Part shown: in pieces, positions 9,720 through 18,552 of the stretch
How the letters are laid out: each line of letters begins with the position of its first letter
Position numbering within the stretch: the first letter of the stretch is position 1
NCBI GenBank assembly: GCA_947442115.1
Contig: CANEVK010000001.1
Span: forward strand, 1 to 33,339
DNA: 33,339 bases
Reading direction: 5' to 3'
Source of the DNA: Bacteriovoracaceae bacterium
GTDB taxonomy: Bacteria > Bdellovibrionota > Bacteriovoracia > Bacteriovoracales > Bacteriovoracaceae
Notes under the pieces: generated by a model
The model's database searches: none
The model's input: only the letters and a program-made list of their open reading frames with translations
Told to the model about the DNA's origin: nothing
Translations under genes and position numbers: made by a program

Positions 9720-10575
9720 ACTTATAAAATCCTCTCTTGGATTTTCGGCCAAAGCGTTTTTCATCTACCATTTGTTTTTGAAGTTTGTGAGGAGCAAAGC
9801 GAGGCTCCCTCTTGTAAGCTTCCCATACCGAACAGGTGACGGAGTAGTTCACATCAATTCCAATAAGGTCCATGAGTTCAAAGGGGCCCATCTTAAAGCC
9901 ACCCACAACTTTAAGAATTTGATCAACCTCTTTGACTTTATTTTCATCTTCATTTTCTACAATTCTTAAAGGTTCCCCATAAAAGTTACGGGCGACACGA
10001 TTTACGATAAAGCCGGCTGAGTCCTTACAGAGGGCCGGTTTTTTATCTTTAGACTCAAACCAAGCGTAGAGGTCATTGCAGAGCTTTTCATCGGTTTTTT
10101 CACCTTTAATCACTTCGACAAGTTTCATTAAAGTCGCTGGATTAAAAAAATGCAGTCCCACAAAACGCGCTTTTCTTTCATTGGAGACAGCTTCGCTCAT
10201 CAGGGTGATAGGAAAGCTCGAGGTATTTGATGACAGGATCGTGTGAGGGGCAAAGTGTTTATCAAGTTTGTGGAAGAGTTCTTTTTTTATTTCAAGATTT
10301 TCAATGATGGCTTCAATCACTAGATCAGTATTTGAGGATACCTGCTCCAGACTTTTCACTTCCAGCAGTTTTTTCATTTGATTCACTTGGCAGCTTGAAA
10401 GCTTTTCTTTTTCTACCAGTTTATCCCATGAAGCATGAATGGAGTTGAGAGCGTTTTGTAATTGTTCTGGCGAATTATCTACGAGCTCTACAAAACACAT
10501 TTGCTGAGTAAACCACTGAGCGATGCCAGAACCCATGGTCCCGGCACCGATGACAACAATTCTTTGAAGATTCAT
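9712..10575 (-). CDS. paaH: 3-hydroxyacyl-CoA (3-hydroxyadipyl-CoA) dehydrogenase
   Basis: Rossmann motif VIGAGTMGSGIA, plus EAIIE.LEIK, SNTSS, GLHFFNPA, GFIVNR and MGPFELMDLIGIDVN; paa context. Confidence 0.88.
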   Translation of the reverse strand: MNLQRIVVIGAGTMGSGIAQWFTQQMCFVELVDNSPEQLQNALNSIHASWDKLVEKEKLSSCQVNQMKKLLEVKSLEQVSSNTDLVIEAIIENLEIKKELFHKLDKHFAPHTILSSNTSSFPITLMSEAVSNERKARFVGLHFFNPATLMKLVEVIKGEKTDEKLCNDLYAWFESKDKKPALCKDSAGFIVNRVARNFYGEPLRIVENEDENKVKEVDQILKVVGGFKMGPFELMDLIGIDVNYSVTCSVWEAYKREPRFAPHKLQKQMVDEKRFGRKSKRGFYKYD

Positions 10576-10581
10576 GATCGA

Positions 10582-11397
10582 TTAATGAAGGTATTCAAGA
10601 GGCTGGGCAGACTCAATATATTCAGGAACTTTTAATCCCCATTCTGCACATTTATCATTAATCTCTTTGACAAAGGCAGCGCGAACATCAGCATTCGAGC
10701 GATTTTTAAGTCCAAGTCTTTGGTAGATGTCATTCCCCTGGCCAGTGGATTTTCCAAAGGTATTCATCACTCTTGGCCACCATAGATTTAAGCGCTCTTG
10801 GAGGAAGGCCCGTTTTACTGGGTCTTTGGCCATTTCTTTCACGGTTTTATCACCATGGGCCAGATGCATGCTCTCTTCTTTACAGATTGTTCCAATAGCA
10901 TTCTTCCAAGGGATGTATGATGAATTCAAAGTATCTTCAAGGACATGTCCTGCAGCTCGATCCATGAGGAAATTGAATAAACAGAAATCTTCCCAATGAG
11001 TGATTTGATAGTAAAAAATATTTACGCGCTTATCTTTTTTGGCGCGAGAAAAACCAATGTTGGCCAGGTCATTTGGAAGGCGCCAATCAAATTCATGCTT
11101 AAGCATATGCTCATGAGTTTTTTCACCAAGATCATCGAGAATTTTATAAATCACATGAGCGTGGCGCATTTCATCTTTTACAATTTGGGCCACGAGCACG
11201 CGCTCGTGAGCATTAGGAGCTTTGGCAATCCAAGGCATATACCCTAGTCCGCCAGCATATTCTGAGTCTGCTTGCATCCATAGAAGGTTCAGAAGATTTT
11301 TACGATAAATCTCTGGCATCTCAGAAGTGGCATCAAAGGTTTTACCATTTTTAATGTCATCAAAAAGTTTTAATTCATCAGTAGTATATTGGTTCAT
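10582..11397 (-). CDS. paaA: Ferritin-like diiron aromatic-CoA ring epoxidase subunit (PaaA/BoxB-like)
   Basis: MPEIYRKNL...QADSE, WIAKAP, DEMRH, MDRAA, ICKEESMH and WWPRVMNTFG give a full E/ExxH/D/ExxH diiron ligand set as in PaaA. Confidence 0.82.
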   Translation of the reverse strand: MNQYTTDELKLFDDIKNGKTFDATSEMPEIYRKNLLNLLWMQADSEYAGGLGYMPWIAKAPNAHERVLVAQIVKDEMRHAHVIYKILDDLGEKTHEHMLKHEFDWRLPNDLANIGFSRAKKDKRVNIFYYQITHWEDFCLFNFLMDRAAGHVLEDTLNSSYIPWKNAIGTICKEESMHLAHGDKTVKEMAKDPVKRAFLQERLNLWWPRVMNTFGKSTGQGNDIYQRLGLKNRSNADVRAAFVKEINDKCAEWGLKVPEYIESAQPLEYLH

Positions 11398-11409
11398 GGA
11401 TTTCTCCTT

Positions 11410-12201
11410 TTAAATTCCTTTAAATTCCGGTTTTCTTTTTCCTAAAAAAGCTCCAACGCCTTCTTTGTAATCTTCAGAAAAGCCCAAAAAGCGTTGGACA
11501 TATTTCTCACGGGCCAGAACTTCACCCAACTCTTTTTCCGCCGCAAACTGGAAGTTCTTCTTTACCATTTTTACGGACAGAGGTGGCAAGTTATTGATTT
11601 CCCCTGCAAGTTTTACAGCTTCTTCCAGCGGATTTTCGGCTACTCGGTTAAGCAGATTATACTCCAGCATCTGCTCTGAGAGAAGGGGCTTACCTAACAA
11701 GGCGAATTCCAAAGCCTTAGTGTTCCCCATTTGTCTAACTAGCATAAAGCTCATTCCAGCATCTGGAGCAAGACCAATTTGGCTAAACCCACTGATAAAG
11801 CGCACCCCAGGGGCCGCGACCTTGAGATCACAGGCCAGGGCCACAGAAAGACCTGCACCGGCCGCCACTCCTTGAATGGCAGCAATAATCAGTTTTTCTG
11901 AACTTTTAATGGCTTGAATCAGGGGATTCCACTCTGTTTCAAGCGTATGTCCAATATCAACCGGACCTTTCGTAGCATCGACGGTTCGATCGTTGAGATC
12001 TTGACCAGAGCAAAAAGCCTTACCTTCAGCGGCCAATATGATGGAGCGAACAGTGGAATCTTTATTGGCTTCTTTAATCGCTGAGATGATATCAAGTTTT
12101 CCCTGAACGTTCAGAGCATTATAAACTTGCGGGCGATTGATGGTGATGATCGCCGTCATGTTTTGAATGTCATATTTAAGCGTTTCAAAATTTTTCATCA
12201 T
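11410..12201 (-). CDS. paaG: Enoyl-CoA hydratase/isomerase, PaaG type (ring-1,2-epoxyphenylacetyl-CoA isomerase)
   Basis: AFCSGQDLNDR, W/YNPLI, GVAAGAGLSVALACD, FSQIGLAPDAG and SEDYKEGV.AF..KR.P.F are characteristic of PaaG. Confidence 0.85.
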   Translation of the reverse strand: MMKNFETLKYDIQNMTAIITINRPQVYNALNVQGKLDIISAIKEANKDSTVRSIILAAEGKAFCSGQDLNDRTVDATKGPVDIGHTLETEWNPLIQAIKSSEKLIIAAIQGVAAGAGLSVALACDLKVAAPGVRFISGFSQIGLAPDAGMSFMLVRQMGNTKALEFALLGKPLLSEQMLEYNLLNRVAENPLEEAVKLAGEINNLPPLSVKMVKKNFQFAAEKELGEVLAREKYVQRFLGFSEDYKEGVGAFLGKRKPEFKGI

Positions 12202-12205
12202 ATTC

Positions 12206-12565
12206 TCACGGAGTAAAATTTACGGGCTGACTCACTTCAGTCGTACCATGCCCTTGAGGCATTAAAAAAGTAATGGATCGTATTTGCTCGAGGACGCAGG
12301 CATGAAAATTTGGATCCTTGAAATCTGTGGATTCAATTTTTTCATCCTGAACTTTGCCTTTTTCATCAATTAAAAAATGAACCTTCATGGAGCCAATTTT
12401 TTTATGATTTTTGCCTAGATAAGAATCACTTTCTAAAAAACACTGAGTGTATTGGCGCTGACGAGACAGCAGGCCAAAGCGAATCGGATCTTTTTTTTGG
12501 TCCACCTCATGATGACTGGAGCAGGCGAATAATGATAAAAGAATGAGAAGACTAAAGACCTTCAT
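12206..12565 (-). CDS. Lipoprotein with AgmX/PglI C-terminal (TonB_C-like) domain
   Basis: Lipobox LFAC; pattern QC..E...G.MKVHFLIDEKGKV...D..F.ACV...IRSITF..P.G....V..PV.F. Confidence 0.75.
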   Translation of the reverse strand: MKVFSLLILLSLFACSSHHEVDQKKDPIRFGLLSRQRQYTQCFLESDSYLGKNHKKIGSMKVHFLIDEKGKVQDEKIESTDFKDPNFHACVLEQIRSITFLMPQGHGTTEVSQPVNFTP

Positions 12566-13340
12566 ACTTAGGCTCTCTTTTTTCCATGAAGGCTTTCATG
12601 CCTTCTTTCTGATCTTTAGAAGCAAAAGTGAGATAGAAATTTCTTCTCTCATAATCCATGCCATCTTTAAGAGATGTTTCAAAGGCCATATTCACGGCTT
12701 CCTTGGCCAGTCTCACAGCAATTGGGGCGCGGTTAGCAATGGTTTTAGCGATTTCAAAAGTTTCTTGTAAAAGAGTTTCTGCCGGAACCACTCGCGCCAC
12801 CAGACCATCTTTTTCAGCTTGGTAGGCGTCCATCATATCTCCCGTGAGAACGGCGAGCATCGCCTTGGATTTTCCAATCGCCCGAGTCAGGCGCTGAGTC
12901 CCACCAGCTCCCGGGATGGTTCCAATTTTAATTTCGGGTTGACCGAATTGGGCCTTATCTCCTGCGATGATAAAATCACAAAACATGGCCAGCTCACAAC
13001 CTGCACCAAGAGCAAAACCATTGACGGCCGCGATGATGGGCTTTGAGATGAGTGGAAGCTGCTTCCAGGTGCGCAGACGCTGATCTTTTATTTGATCAAT
13101 GGGCCCAGCTTCGGCCAGCTGATTAATATCGGCCCCGGCAGCAAAAGCGCGCTCATTTCCAGTGAGGATAATCACTCGCACATCTTTATCATCCTCAAGG
13201 ATGAAGAGTGCATCCATAAGATCTCGCATGAGATCCGTCGAAAGTGCATTAAGCACTTGAGGGCGATTCAATTGAATAAGAGCAATGTGAGCATGGTCAC
13301 GGTAGTTTTTTGTAACCAAAATATTTTCGTAATTTTTCAT
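12552..13340 (-). CDS. paaF: Enoyl-CoA hydratase, PaaF type (2,3-dehydroadipyl-CoA hydratase)
   Basis: NRP.VLNAL, AFAAGADI, NGFALGAGCELA, FGQPEIKIGTIPGAGGTQRL with both catalytic Glu. ATG 13340 has a GAGG SD; alternative start 13355. Confidence 0.85.
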   Translation of the reverse strand: MKNYENILVTKNYRDHAHIALIQLNRPQVLNALSTDLMRDLMDALFILEDDKDVRVIILTGNERAFAAGADINQLAEAGPIDQIKDQRLRTWKQLPLISKPIIAAVNGFALGAGCELAMFCDFIIAGDKAQFGQPEIKIGTIPGAGGTQRLTRAIGKSKAMLAVLTGDMMDAYQAEKDGLVARVVPAETLLQETFEIAKTIANRAPIAVRLAKEAVNMAFETSLKDGMDYERRNFYLTFASKDQKEGMKAFMEKREPKYEGL

Positions 13341-13392
13341 AACTTGAAGCCTCATTTACCTTTAGCGTCATAGGGGAGTGTTGGCTGCCACT

Positions 13393-13422
13393 ACCATAGC
13401 GAGAGAGAGGTAAAGATGTCAA
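13393..13422 (-). promoter_or_regulatory. Putative sigma70 promoter for the paaF operon
   Basis: Minus strand reads TTGACA-N18-TATGGT in the pstB-paaF gap. Confidence 0.45.
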
Positions 13423-13449
13423 AAAAAGCAGCGCAAAAGGCGAGGGATT

Positions 13450-14217
13450 TTAACCGAATCGCCCTTCAATATAGGCCGCTGTTCTTTCTTGTTTAGGTTG
13501 AGAGAAAAGTTCCTGAGTCGGACCCATTTCGATGAGTTCACCCATGTACATGAAAATAGTCTCATCTGAGACTCTTTTCGCCTGACTCATAGAGTGGGTC
13601 ACGATGATAATGGAATAATCTTTTTTCAGATCCTTAATGAGCGTCTCGATGGCTTCAATCCCGGCTGGATCGAGGGCCGAACAAGGTTCATCTAGAAGAA
13701 GGAGCTTAGGCTTAAGAGGAAGTAGTCGAGCGATACAAAGTCTTTGTTGCTTCTCTAAACTCAGAGTCAGGGCCGAGCGATGGAGTTGAGACTTAAGATC
13801 CTCCCAAAGGCCGACGCGCTTGAGAGCACTTTCTACCATGGCATCAAGCTCTTTAGAGGTCACTTTTCGCATGTGAGTTCTTGCGCCAAAAATAACATTT
13901 TCATAAATCGAAAGCGGCAAAGGATTTGGTTTTTGAAAGACCATTCCTACTTGGCGTCTCAGTTCAGGCAGAGCGACTGAAGGGTGGTAAATATCATGGC
14001 CAAAAACCTGGATACTTCCATTGTGAGCGACAACACCAGAGCGCTCATTGATGCGATTAAGGCATTTGAGGAAGGTACTTTTCCCACATCCACTTGGCCC
14101 AATCAGGGCGGTGATTTTATAAGAGGAAATGTTAAAGGATAAATCCTTCAGCGCCTGAAAATTTCCATACCAGAAACTGAATTCATTAGTATTAACGACG
14201 TAGTGTGTACTAGGCAT
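13450..14217 (-). CDS. pstB: Phosphate ABC transporter ATPase (copy 2; degenerate signature motif)
   Basis: GPSGCGKST, GMVFQKPNP, LLDEPCSALDP, VTHS.SQA and YIEGRFG. The signature reads LSLEKQQR instead of LSGGQQQR. Confidence 0.93.
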   Translation of the reverse strand: MPSTHYVVNTNEFSFWYGNFQALKDLSFNISSYKITALIGPSGCGKSTFLKCLNRINERSGVVAHNGSIQVFGHDIYHPSVALPELRRQVGMVFQKPNPLPLSIYENVIFGARTHMRKVTSKELDAMVESALKRVGLWEDLKSQLHRSALTLSLEKQQRLCIARLLPLKPKLLLLDEPCSALDPAGIEAIETLIKDLKKDYSIIIVTHSMSQAKRVSDETIFMYMGELIEMGPTQELFSQPKQERTAAYIEGRFG

Positions 14218-14220
14218 AAA

Positions 14221-14976
14221 TCACCCGAATAAACCTTCAATATAATTTTTAGTTCTTTCATCTTTAATCACACCACTAAAGAGATTAGTGTTTGTGTCTA
14301 AATCCAAAATTTCTCCATGAAGCATCATGGCCGTTCTATCACCAAGGCGCTTCGCCTGGTTAATAACATTGGTCACCATCACAATCGTCATGTGTTCTTT
14401 GAGTTCATGAAGAACAGCTTCAATTTTCATTGTCGTCACTGGATCAATGGCGATTGAAAATTCATCCAGACAAAGAACTTCCGGATGATGAGAGAGGGCC
14501 CTGGCGATAGTGAGGCGCTGCTGCTGGCCTCCAGAAAGTTTCGTGGCAAGGGTATTAAGGCGGTCCTTGACTTCATCCCAAAGAGCGGCTTTTTTTAGGC
14601 AATCCTCGAGGATAAAATCTAATTCGGCCTGATCCTTACACCCGGCCATACGAGGAGCATATGTGACATTTTCTTTAATCGTCATGGGAAGACCAACAGG
14701 CAAAGGAGAAACCATGCCTATGCGTCGTCTGAGAAAAGTGGAGTCTTCATCTTCGTAAATGCTCACGCCATCTAATAAAATATCTCCCTTGATGGAGACT
14801 TCATTATTAAAGTCAGTCATGCGGTTTAGGCATTTCAGAAGTGAGCTTTTCCCAGAGTTCGCAGGTCCAATGATGGCCAGAACTTCATTTTGATAAATAT
14901 CAAGATTTAAATTATTGATGATATCTTTTTTACCATAGCTGATGCCTAAGTTTTTTATTTCAATTTTCTTTTTCAT
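14221..14976 (-). CDS. pstB: Phosphate ABC transporter ATPase (copy 1; degenerate Q-loop and H-loop)
   Basis: GPANSGKS, LWDEVKDRL, LSGGQQQRL, LDEFS.AIDP and YIEGLFG. Start at MKKKIEIK (14976), directly after the pstA stop. Confidence 0.9.
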   Translation of the reverse strand: MKKKIEIKNLGISYGKKDIINNLNLDIYQNEVLAIIGPANSGKSSLLKCLNRMTDFNNEVSIKGDILLDGVSIYEDEDSTFLRRRIGMVSPLPVGLPMTIKENVTYAPRMAGCKDQAELDFILEDCLKKAALWDEVKDRLNTLATKLSGGQQQRLTIARALSHHPEVLCLDEFSIAIDPVTTMKIEAVLHELKEHMTIVMVTNVINQAKRLGDRTAMMLHGEILDLDTNTNLFSGVIKDERTKNYIEGLFG

Positions 14977-14977
14977 C

Positions 14978-15847
14978 TTACCATTTCCTCTTTGTACGGA
15001 AATATGTTCTGAGAATAACAGCAATACTATTAACCGATAAAATAAGCATAATAAGCACAAGGGCCGTTGCAAAAGGGTAAGCTTCTGGAACACCTACCAC
15101 TTGAGTTGAAATGGTAAAGAGATGCATGGACAGAGACATACATTGATCAAAAACACTCTTGGGAAGAAAAGGGAGGTAGAAAGCGACTCCGGTAAATAGG
15201 ATCGCCGCTGTTTCACCCGCTGAGCGTCCGACAGAAAACACCACACCCGTCAGAATCCCTGGAATCGAATTAGGCAGGACGATATGACGGATGGTTTGGA
15301 GCTTACTCGCCCCAACATTCCATGAAGCCTCTCGATAGGATTGTGGCACGGCCTTGAGTGATTCCAATGTCGACGTAATGATCACAGGTAAATTCATGAC
15401 AGCGAGAGTGAAAGAAGCAGCAAGGATACTCGTCCCCATTTTTAAAAATAGGACGAAAGCTCCAAGTCCAAAGAGGGCATGAACAATACTTGGAACCCCA
15501 GCTAGATTAAGGATGGCCAGTCGTATAATGCGAGTCAGTTTACCGTCTTTAGCGTATTCAGAAAGATAAATCGCCGCAATAACACCGAGTGGACAGGCCA
15601 CAAGAACACTGATGATCACAAGCCAAAAGGTGCCTACGATGGTTGGAAAAATTCCACCCGCAGTCATTCCTTTGATAGGATCTTGAGTTAAAAAATCCCA
15701 GCTTAATACTGGGGAGCCTTTAATAAAGAGCCAAAAGATAATCCCGAGGGCCGGTAAGAAAAGAAAAAAAGTAATAAGACTCAAAAGATTTTTAAAATTC
15801 TTTTCTTTAATCTCTTTATTCAGAAGATGAAGACTTGGATTAAACAT
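14978..15847 (-). CDS. pstA: Phosphate ABC transporter permease PstA
   Basis: GGIFPTIVGT, AIYLSEYA, LAGVPSIV, EAA-type loop VPQSYREAS and GRSAGETA. Confidence 0.95.
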   Translation of the reverse strand: MFNPSLHLLNKEIKEKNFKNLLSLITFFLFLPALGIIFWLFIKGSPVLSWDFLTQDPIKGMTAGGIFPTIVGTFWLVIISVLVACPLGVIAAIYLSEYAKDGKLTRIIRLAILNLAGVPSIVHALFGLGAFVLFLKMGTSILAASFTLAVMNLPVIITSTLESLKAVPQSYREASWNVGASKLQTIRHIVLPNSIPGILTGVVFSVGRSAGETAAILFTGVAFYLPFLPKSVFDQCMSLSMHLFTISTQVVGVPEAYPFATALVLIMLILSVNSIAVILRTYFRTKRKW

Positions 15848-15850
15848 ATA

Positions 15851-16783
15851 TTACTTCTTTTTCCCACGGATGAGATAATCGGCCGTGAGGTTAACGATGA
15901 AAGAAAGAATAAAGAGGACAAGTCCAATCGCAAAAAGTGATTGATAATGCTCGCCACCCTTAGGTGATTCACCTAATTCTGCAGCAATCGTCGCTGTCAG
16001 TGTTCTTCCTGGATCAAAGATACTTTCAGGGATTTGAATCGAGTGTCCAGTGGCCATAAGAACCGCCATGGTTTCACCCAAGGCCCGACCTACTCCAAGA
16101 AGGGCCGCTGCCATGAGACCATTTTTAGCTGCTGGTAAAAGAACCCGTGTGGCGACTTCCCACTTTGTGGCCCCCATACCCTCAGCTGCCTTTCGATAAG
16201 TTTCTGGAACTGCTCTTAAGGCATCTTCACCAACTGAAACAATAAGAGGTAAAGACATGAGTGCAAGAATCACAGAAGCATTGAGGATATTGAGTCCAAT
16301 CGGAACATTAAATGAGTAAATAATGAGGGGATTAATCATCATAATCGCAATAAAGCCCCATACGACTGAAGGGATGGCGGCCAGAAACTCAATGAGGATT
16401 TTATAAATTTCTCTGAGCTGCGGATGACAAAATTCAGAAATATAAAAAGCACAGGCCAGCCCAAGGGGCACAGCGATGAGCATGGAAAGGAATGTGACAA
16501 GTATTGTTCCGACAAGCAAAGCAAGAATTCCGTATCTGACTTTCACCACAGAAGCCGGATACCATTCTTGTGAAAAGAAAAATTCTTTGAAATCAAATTT
16601 ACTGATGAGAAATGGGGCCGATTCTTTGAGAATAAAAAATAAAATCGCAATGATGAGGACAATGGAGCTTAGTCCTGCCGCTTTAATAATAAACTCAATC
16701 ACTCTTTCAGAGAGAGGTTTATTACTTTTTTTCTGCCGCCACTCCATCGCTAAGGGAGCAGCTGATTCTAGCTTCTTTTCCAT
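15851..16783 (-). CDS. pstC: Phosphate ABC transporter permease PstC
   Basis: YGILALLVGT, LAAIPSVVWG, EDALRAVP, GRALGETMAV and TLTATIA. Confidence 0.95.
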   Translation of the reverse strand: MEKKLESAAPLAMEWRQKKSNKPLSERVIEFIIKAAGLSSIVLIIAILFFILKESAPFLISKFDFKEFFFSQEWYPASVVKVRYGILALLVGTILVTFLSMLIAVPLGLACAFYISEFCHPQLREIYKILIEFLAAIPSVVWGFIAIMMINPLIIYSFNVPIGLNILNASVILALMSLPLIVSVGEDALRAVPETYRKAAEGMGATKWEVATRVLLPAAKNGLMAAALLGVGRALGETMAVLMATGHSIQIPESIFDPGRTLTATIAAELGESPKGGEHYQSLFAIGLVLFILSFIVNLTADYLIRGKKK

Positions 16784-16785
16784 AA

Positions 16786-17646
16786 TTATCTCTTTGGAGC
16801 AGGTACGTAACCTGAATTGATGGTAATTTTTTGGGCCTCTTCACTTTGAGTCCATTCCATATACGTTTTCACTTCTTGAGAAGGATCACCTGATGTGTAC
16901 ATGTAAAGCTCACGTGAAATAGGGTAAGTTTTTTTCATCGCTGTTTCGAGAGTCGGAAAGACACATTCGCCATCAGCTTTTTTTGAAATACAAACTGCTT
17001 TGACGTGTTTTGAAAGATAACCCATCCCAGAGTATCCAATGGCACAGGGAGTTTTCTCGACAAGATCAATTGACTCTCTCGAGCCATTGAGGTCCATTGA
17101 ACCAAGCTTTAAATCTCTTTTCTTCCCTAAAATAGCTTCGCGAAAATATTGGTAGGTTCCTGAATTTGACTGACGAGAAACGCGGATAATTTTATTGCTC
17201 TGACAACCTGGAACAACTGTTCCTCGGACATCACTCCAGTACACACATTTACCGCCCTCACCATAAATGCAGGCGACTTCTTCAAGACTAAGTCCAGTCA
17301 AAGGATTTTTTGGATGAACAAACACCGCTAAAGCATCCATCCCAACAACAAACTCCTGAACTTGTTTTCCATTATTTTTAAGCGCCTCTTCTCTCTCCTC
17401 ATCCTTCATCGCTCGGGATGAATTTGCAATATCAACAGTTCCATTGATGAGGGCCGCAATCCCAGTTCCTGATCCACCACCTGACACGGCCACTGCAACT
17501 TGAGGATGAACTTTTTTATATTCTTCGGCCCAGGCCTGGGCAAGATTGACGAGAGTATCGGATCCCTTGTTTTGTATAATGAGAATATTTGATTTATCCG
17601 AACAGCTCCACAGCAGGAGACTGAACACAATACAGGCCAAACGCAT
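16786..17646 (-). CDS. pstS: Phosphate ABC transporter substrate-binding lipoprotein PstS
   Basis: Lipobox LWSC from ATG 17646 (GGAG SD); KGSDT, GGGSGTG, DIANSSR, SRQSNSGT and YPISR. Confidence 0.95.
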   Translation of the reverse strand: MRLACIVFSLLLWSCSDKSNILIIQNKGSDTLVNLAQAWAEEYKKVHPQVAVAVSGGGSGTGIAALINGTVDIANSSRAMKDEEREEALKNNGKQVQEFVVGMDALAVFVHPKNPLTGLSLEEVACIYGEGGKCVYWSDVRGTVVPGCQSNKIIRVSRQSNSGTYQYFREAILGKKRDLKLGSMDLNGSRESIDLVEKTPCAIGYSGMGYLSKHVKAVCISKKADGECVFPTLETAMKKTYPISRELYMYTSGDPSQEVKTYMEWTQSEEAQKITINSGYVPAPKR

Positions 17647-17711
17647 AAGAAAACTCCAATTTCCGCCCATCATAGACTGAGAGAGAGGCAATTGGGAGTA
17701 GAGATTTTATT

Positions 17712-17729
17712 TCTTAACCTACTCTTAAC
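17712..17729. promoter_or_regulatory. 11-bp-periodic direct repeat upstream of pstS (candidate Pho box)
   Basis: TCTTAAC-ctac-TCTTAAC with 11-nt periodicity, typical of PhoB/OmpR-family sites. Confidence 0.4.
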
Positions 17730-17781
17730 TAAGAGAGAAAATCTTTACAATCTTGCCCCTAAAGTCTAGAGTCTTTTCAAT

Positions 17782-18552
17782 ATGTTATCTCATGAATTAA
17801 TCATTCTTTGTTTGGCCTCTTTAGGGGCCGGTTTTGTAGATTCTATCGTTGGGGGAGGTGGACTGATTCAGCTTCCGGCCCTGATGATGATTCTTCCTCA
17901 GTACCCAGTCGTCACGATACTTGGTACGAACAAGCTCGTTTCCATGACCGGCACCGCATTTTCTGCCTACAGATTTTCCCGTGAAATTCCTTTGCTTAAA
18001 AATCTCCTTTTACCGGCCGTGATCAGTGCTTTTTTATTTTCTTTTTTGGGAGCATGGACTGTTTCAATTTTAAGTAGTCATTTTTTGAGACCGCTTTTTA
18101 TGGGGCTCATGCTGATGGTTTTTATTTTCACTCTCAAATATAAAAATTTTGGTTTGATTGATCACCAAAGAGTGACTCAAATTGCAATCTGGAAACCCAT
18201 TTTGATTGGATCATTTTTAGGTTTTTATGATGGCTTCTTTGGGCCAGGAACAGGGACTTTTCTTATCATTGCTTTTGTAGGTCTGGTGGGGATGACTTTT
18301 GTTCAAGGTTCAGCTTATGCCAAAGTCATCAATCTCACGACCAACCTGGCCGCTCTCTTACTTTTCTCGCTGAAAGGAACTTTTTTATTTTCCTATGCTC
18401 TGCCGATGATTGTGTTTAATGTTTTAGGCGCCATGCTAGGAGTGAGATTAGCTCTACTGAAAGGAAATACTTTTGTCAGAGGCCTTTTGAGAATGATTAT
18501 TTTATTCACCATTCTCAAGTTAGGGCATCAAATTTATCTAGAGAATTTATAG
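17782..18552 (+). CDS. TSUP/TauE-SafE family membrane transporter
   Basis: AGFVDSIVGGGGLIQLP, LGTNK, GFYDGFFGPGTG.F and AKVIN..TN; highly hydrophobic. Confidence 0.93.
   Translation: MLSHELIILCLASLGAGFVDSIVGGGGLIQLPALMMILPQYPVVTILGTNKLVSMTGTAFSAYRFSREIPLLKNLLLPAVISAFLFSFLGAWTVSILSSHFLRPLFMGLMLMVFIFTLKYKNFGLIDHQRVTQIAIWKPILIGSFLGFYDGFFGPGTGTFLIIAFVGLVGMTFVQGSAYAKVINLTTNLAALLLFSLKGTFLFSYALPMIVFNVLGAMLGVRLALLKGNTFVRGLLRMIILFTILKLGHQIYLENL

Noticed and set aside
14977-15093. Extended starts of pstB copy 1 (15093), and similarly pstS (17691), 5643 and 9764
   Set aside because: Three of these overlap upstream genes out of frame and the pstS one adds residues ahead of the signal peptide; the downstream starts give SD or coupling and sensible N-termini.
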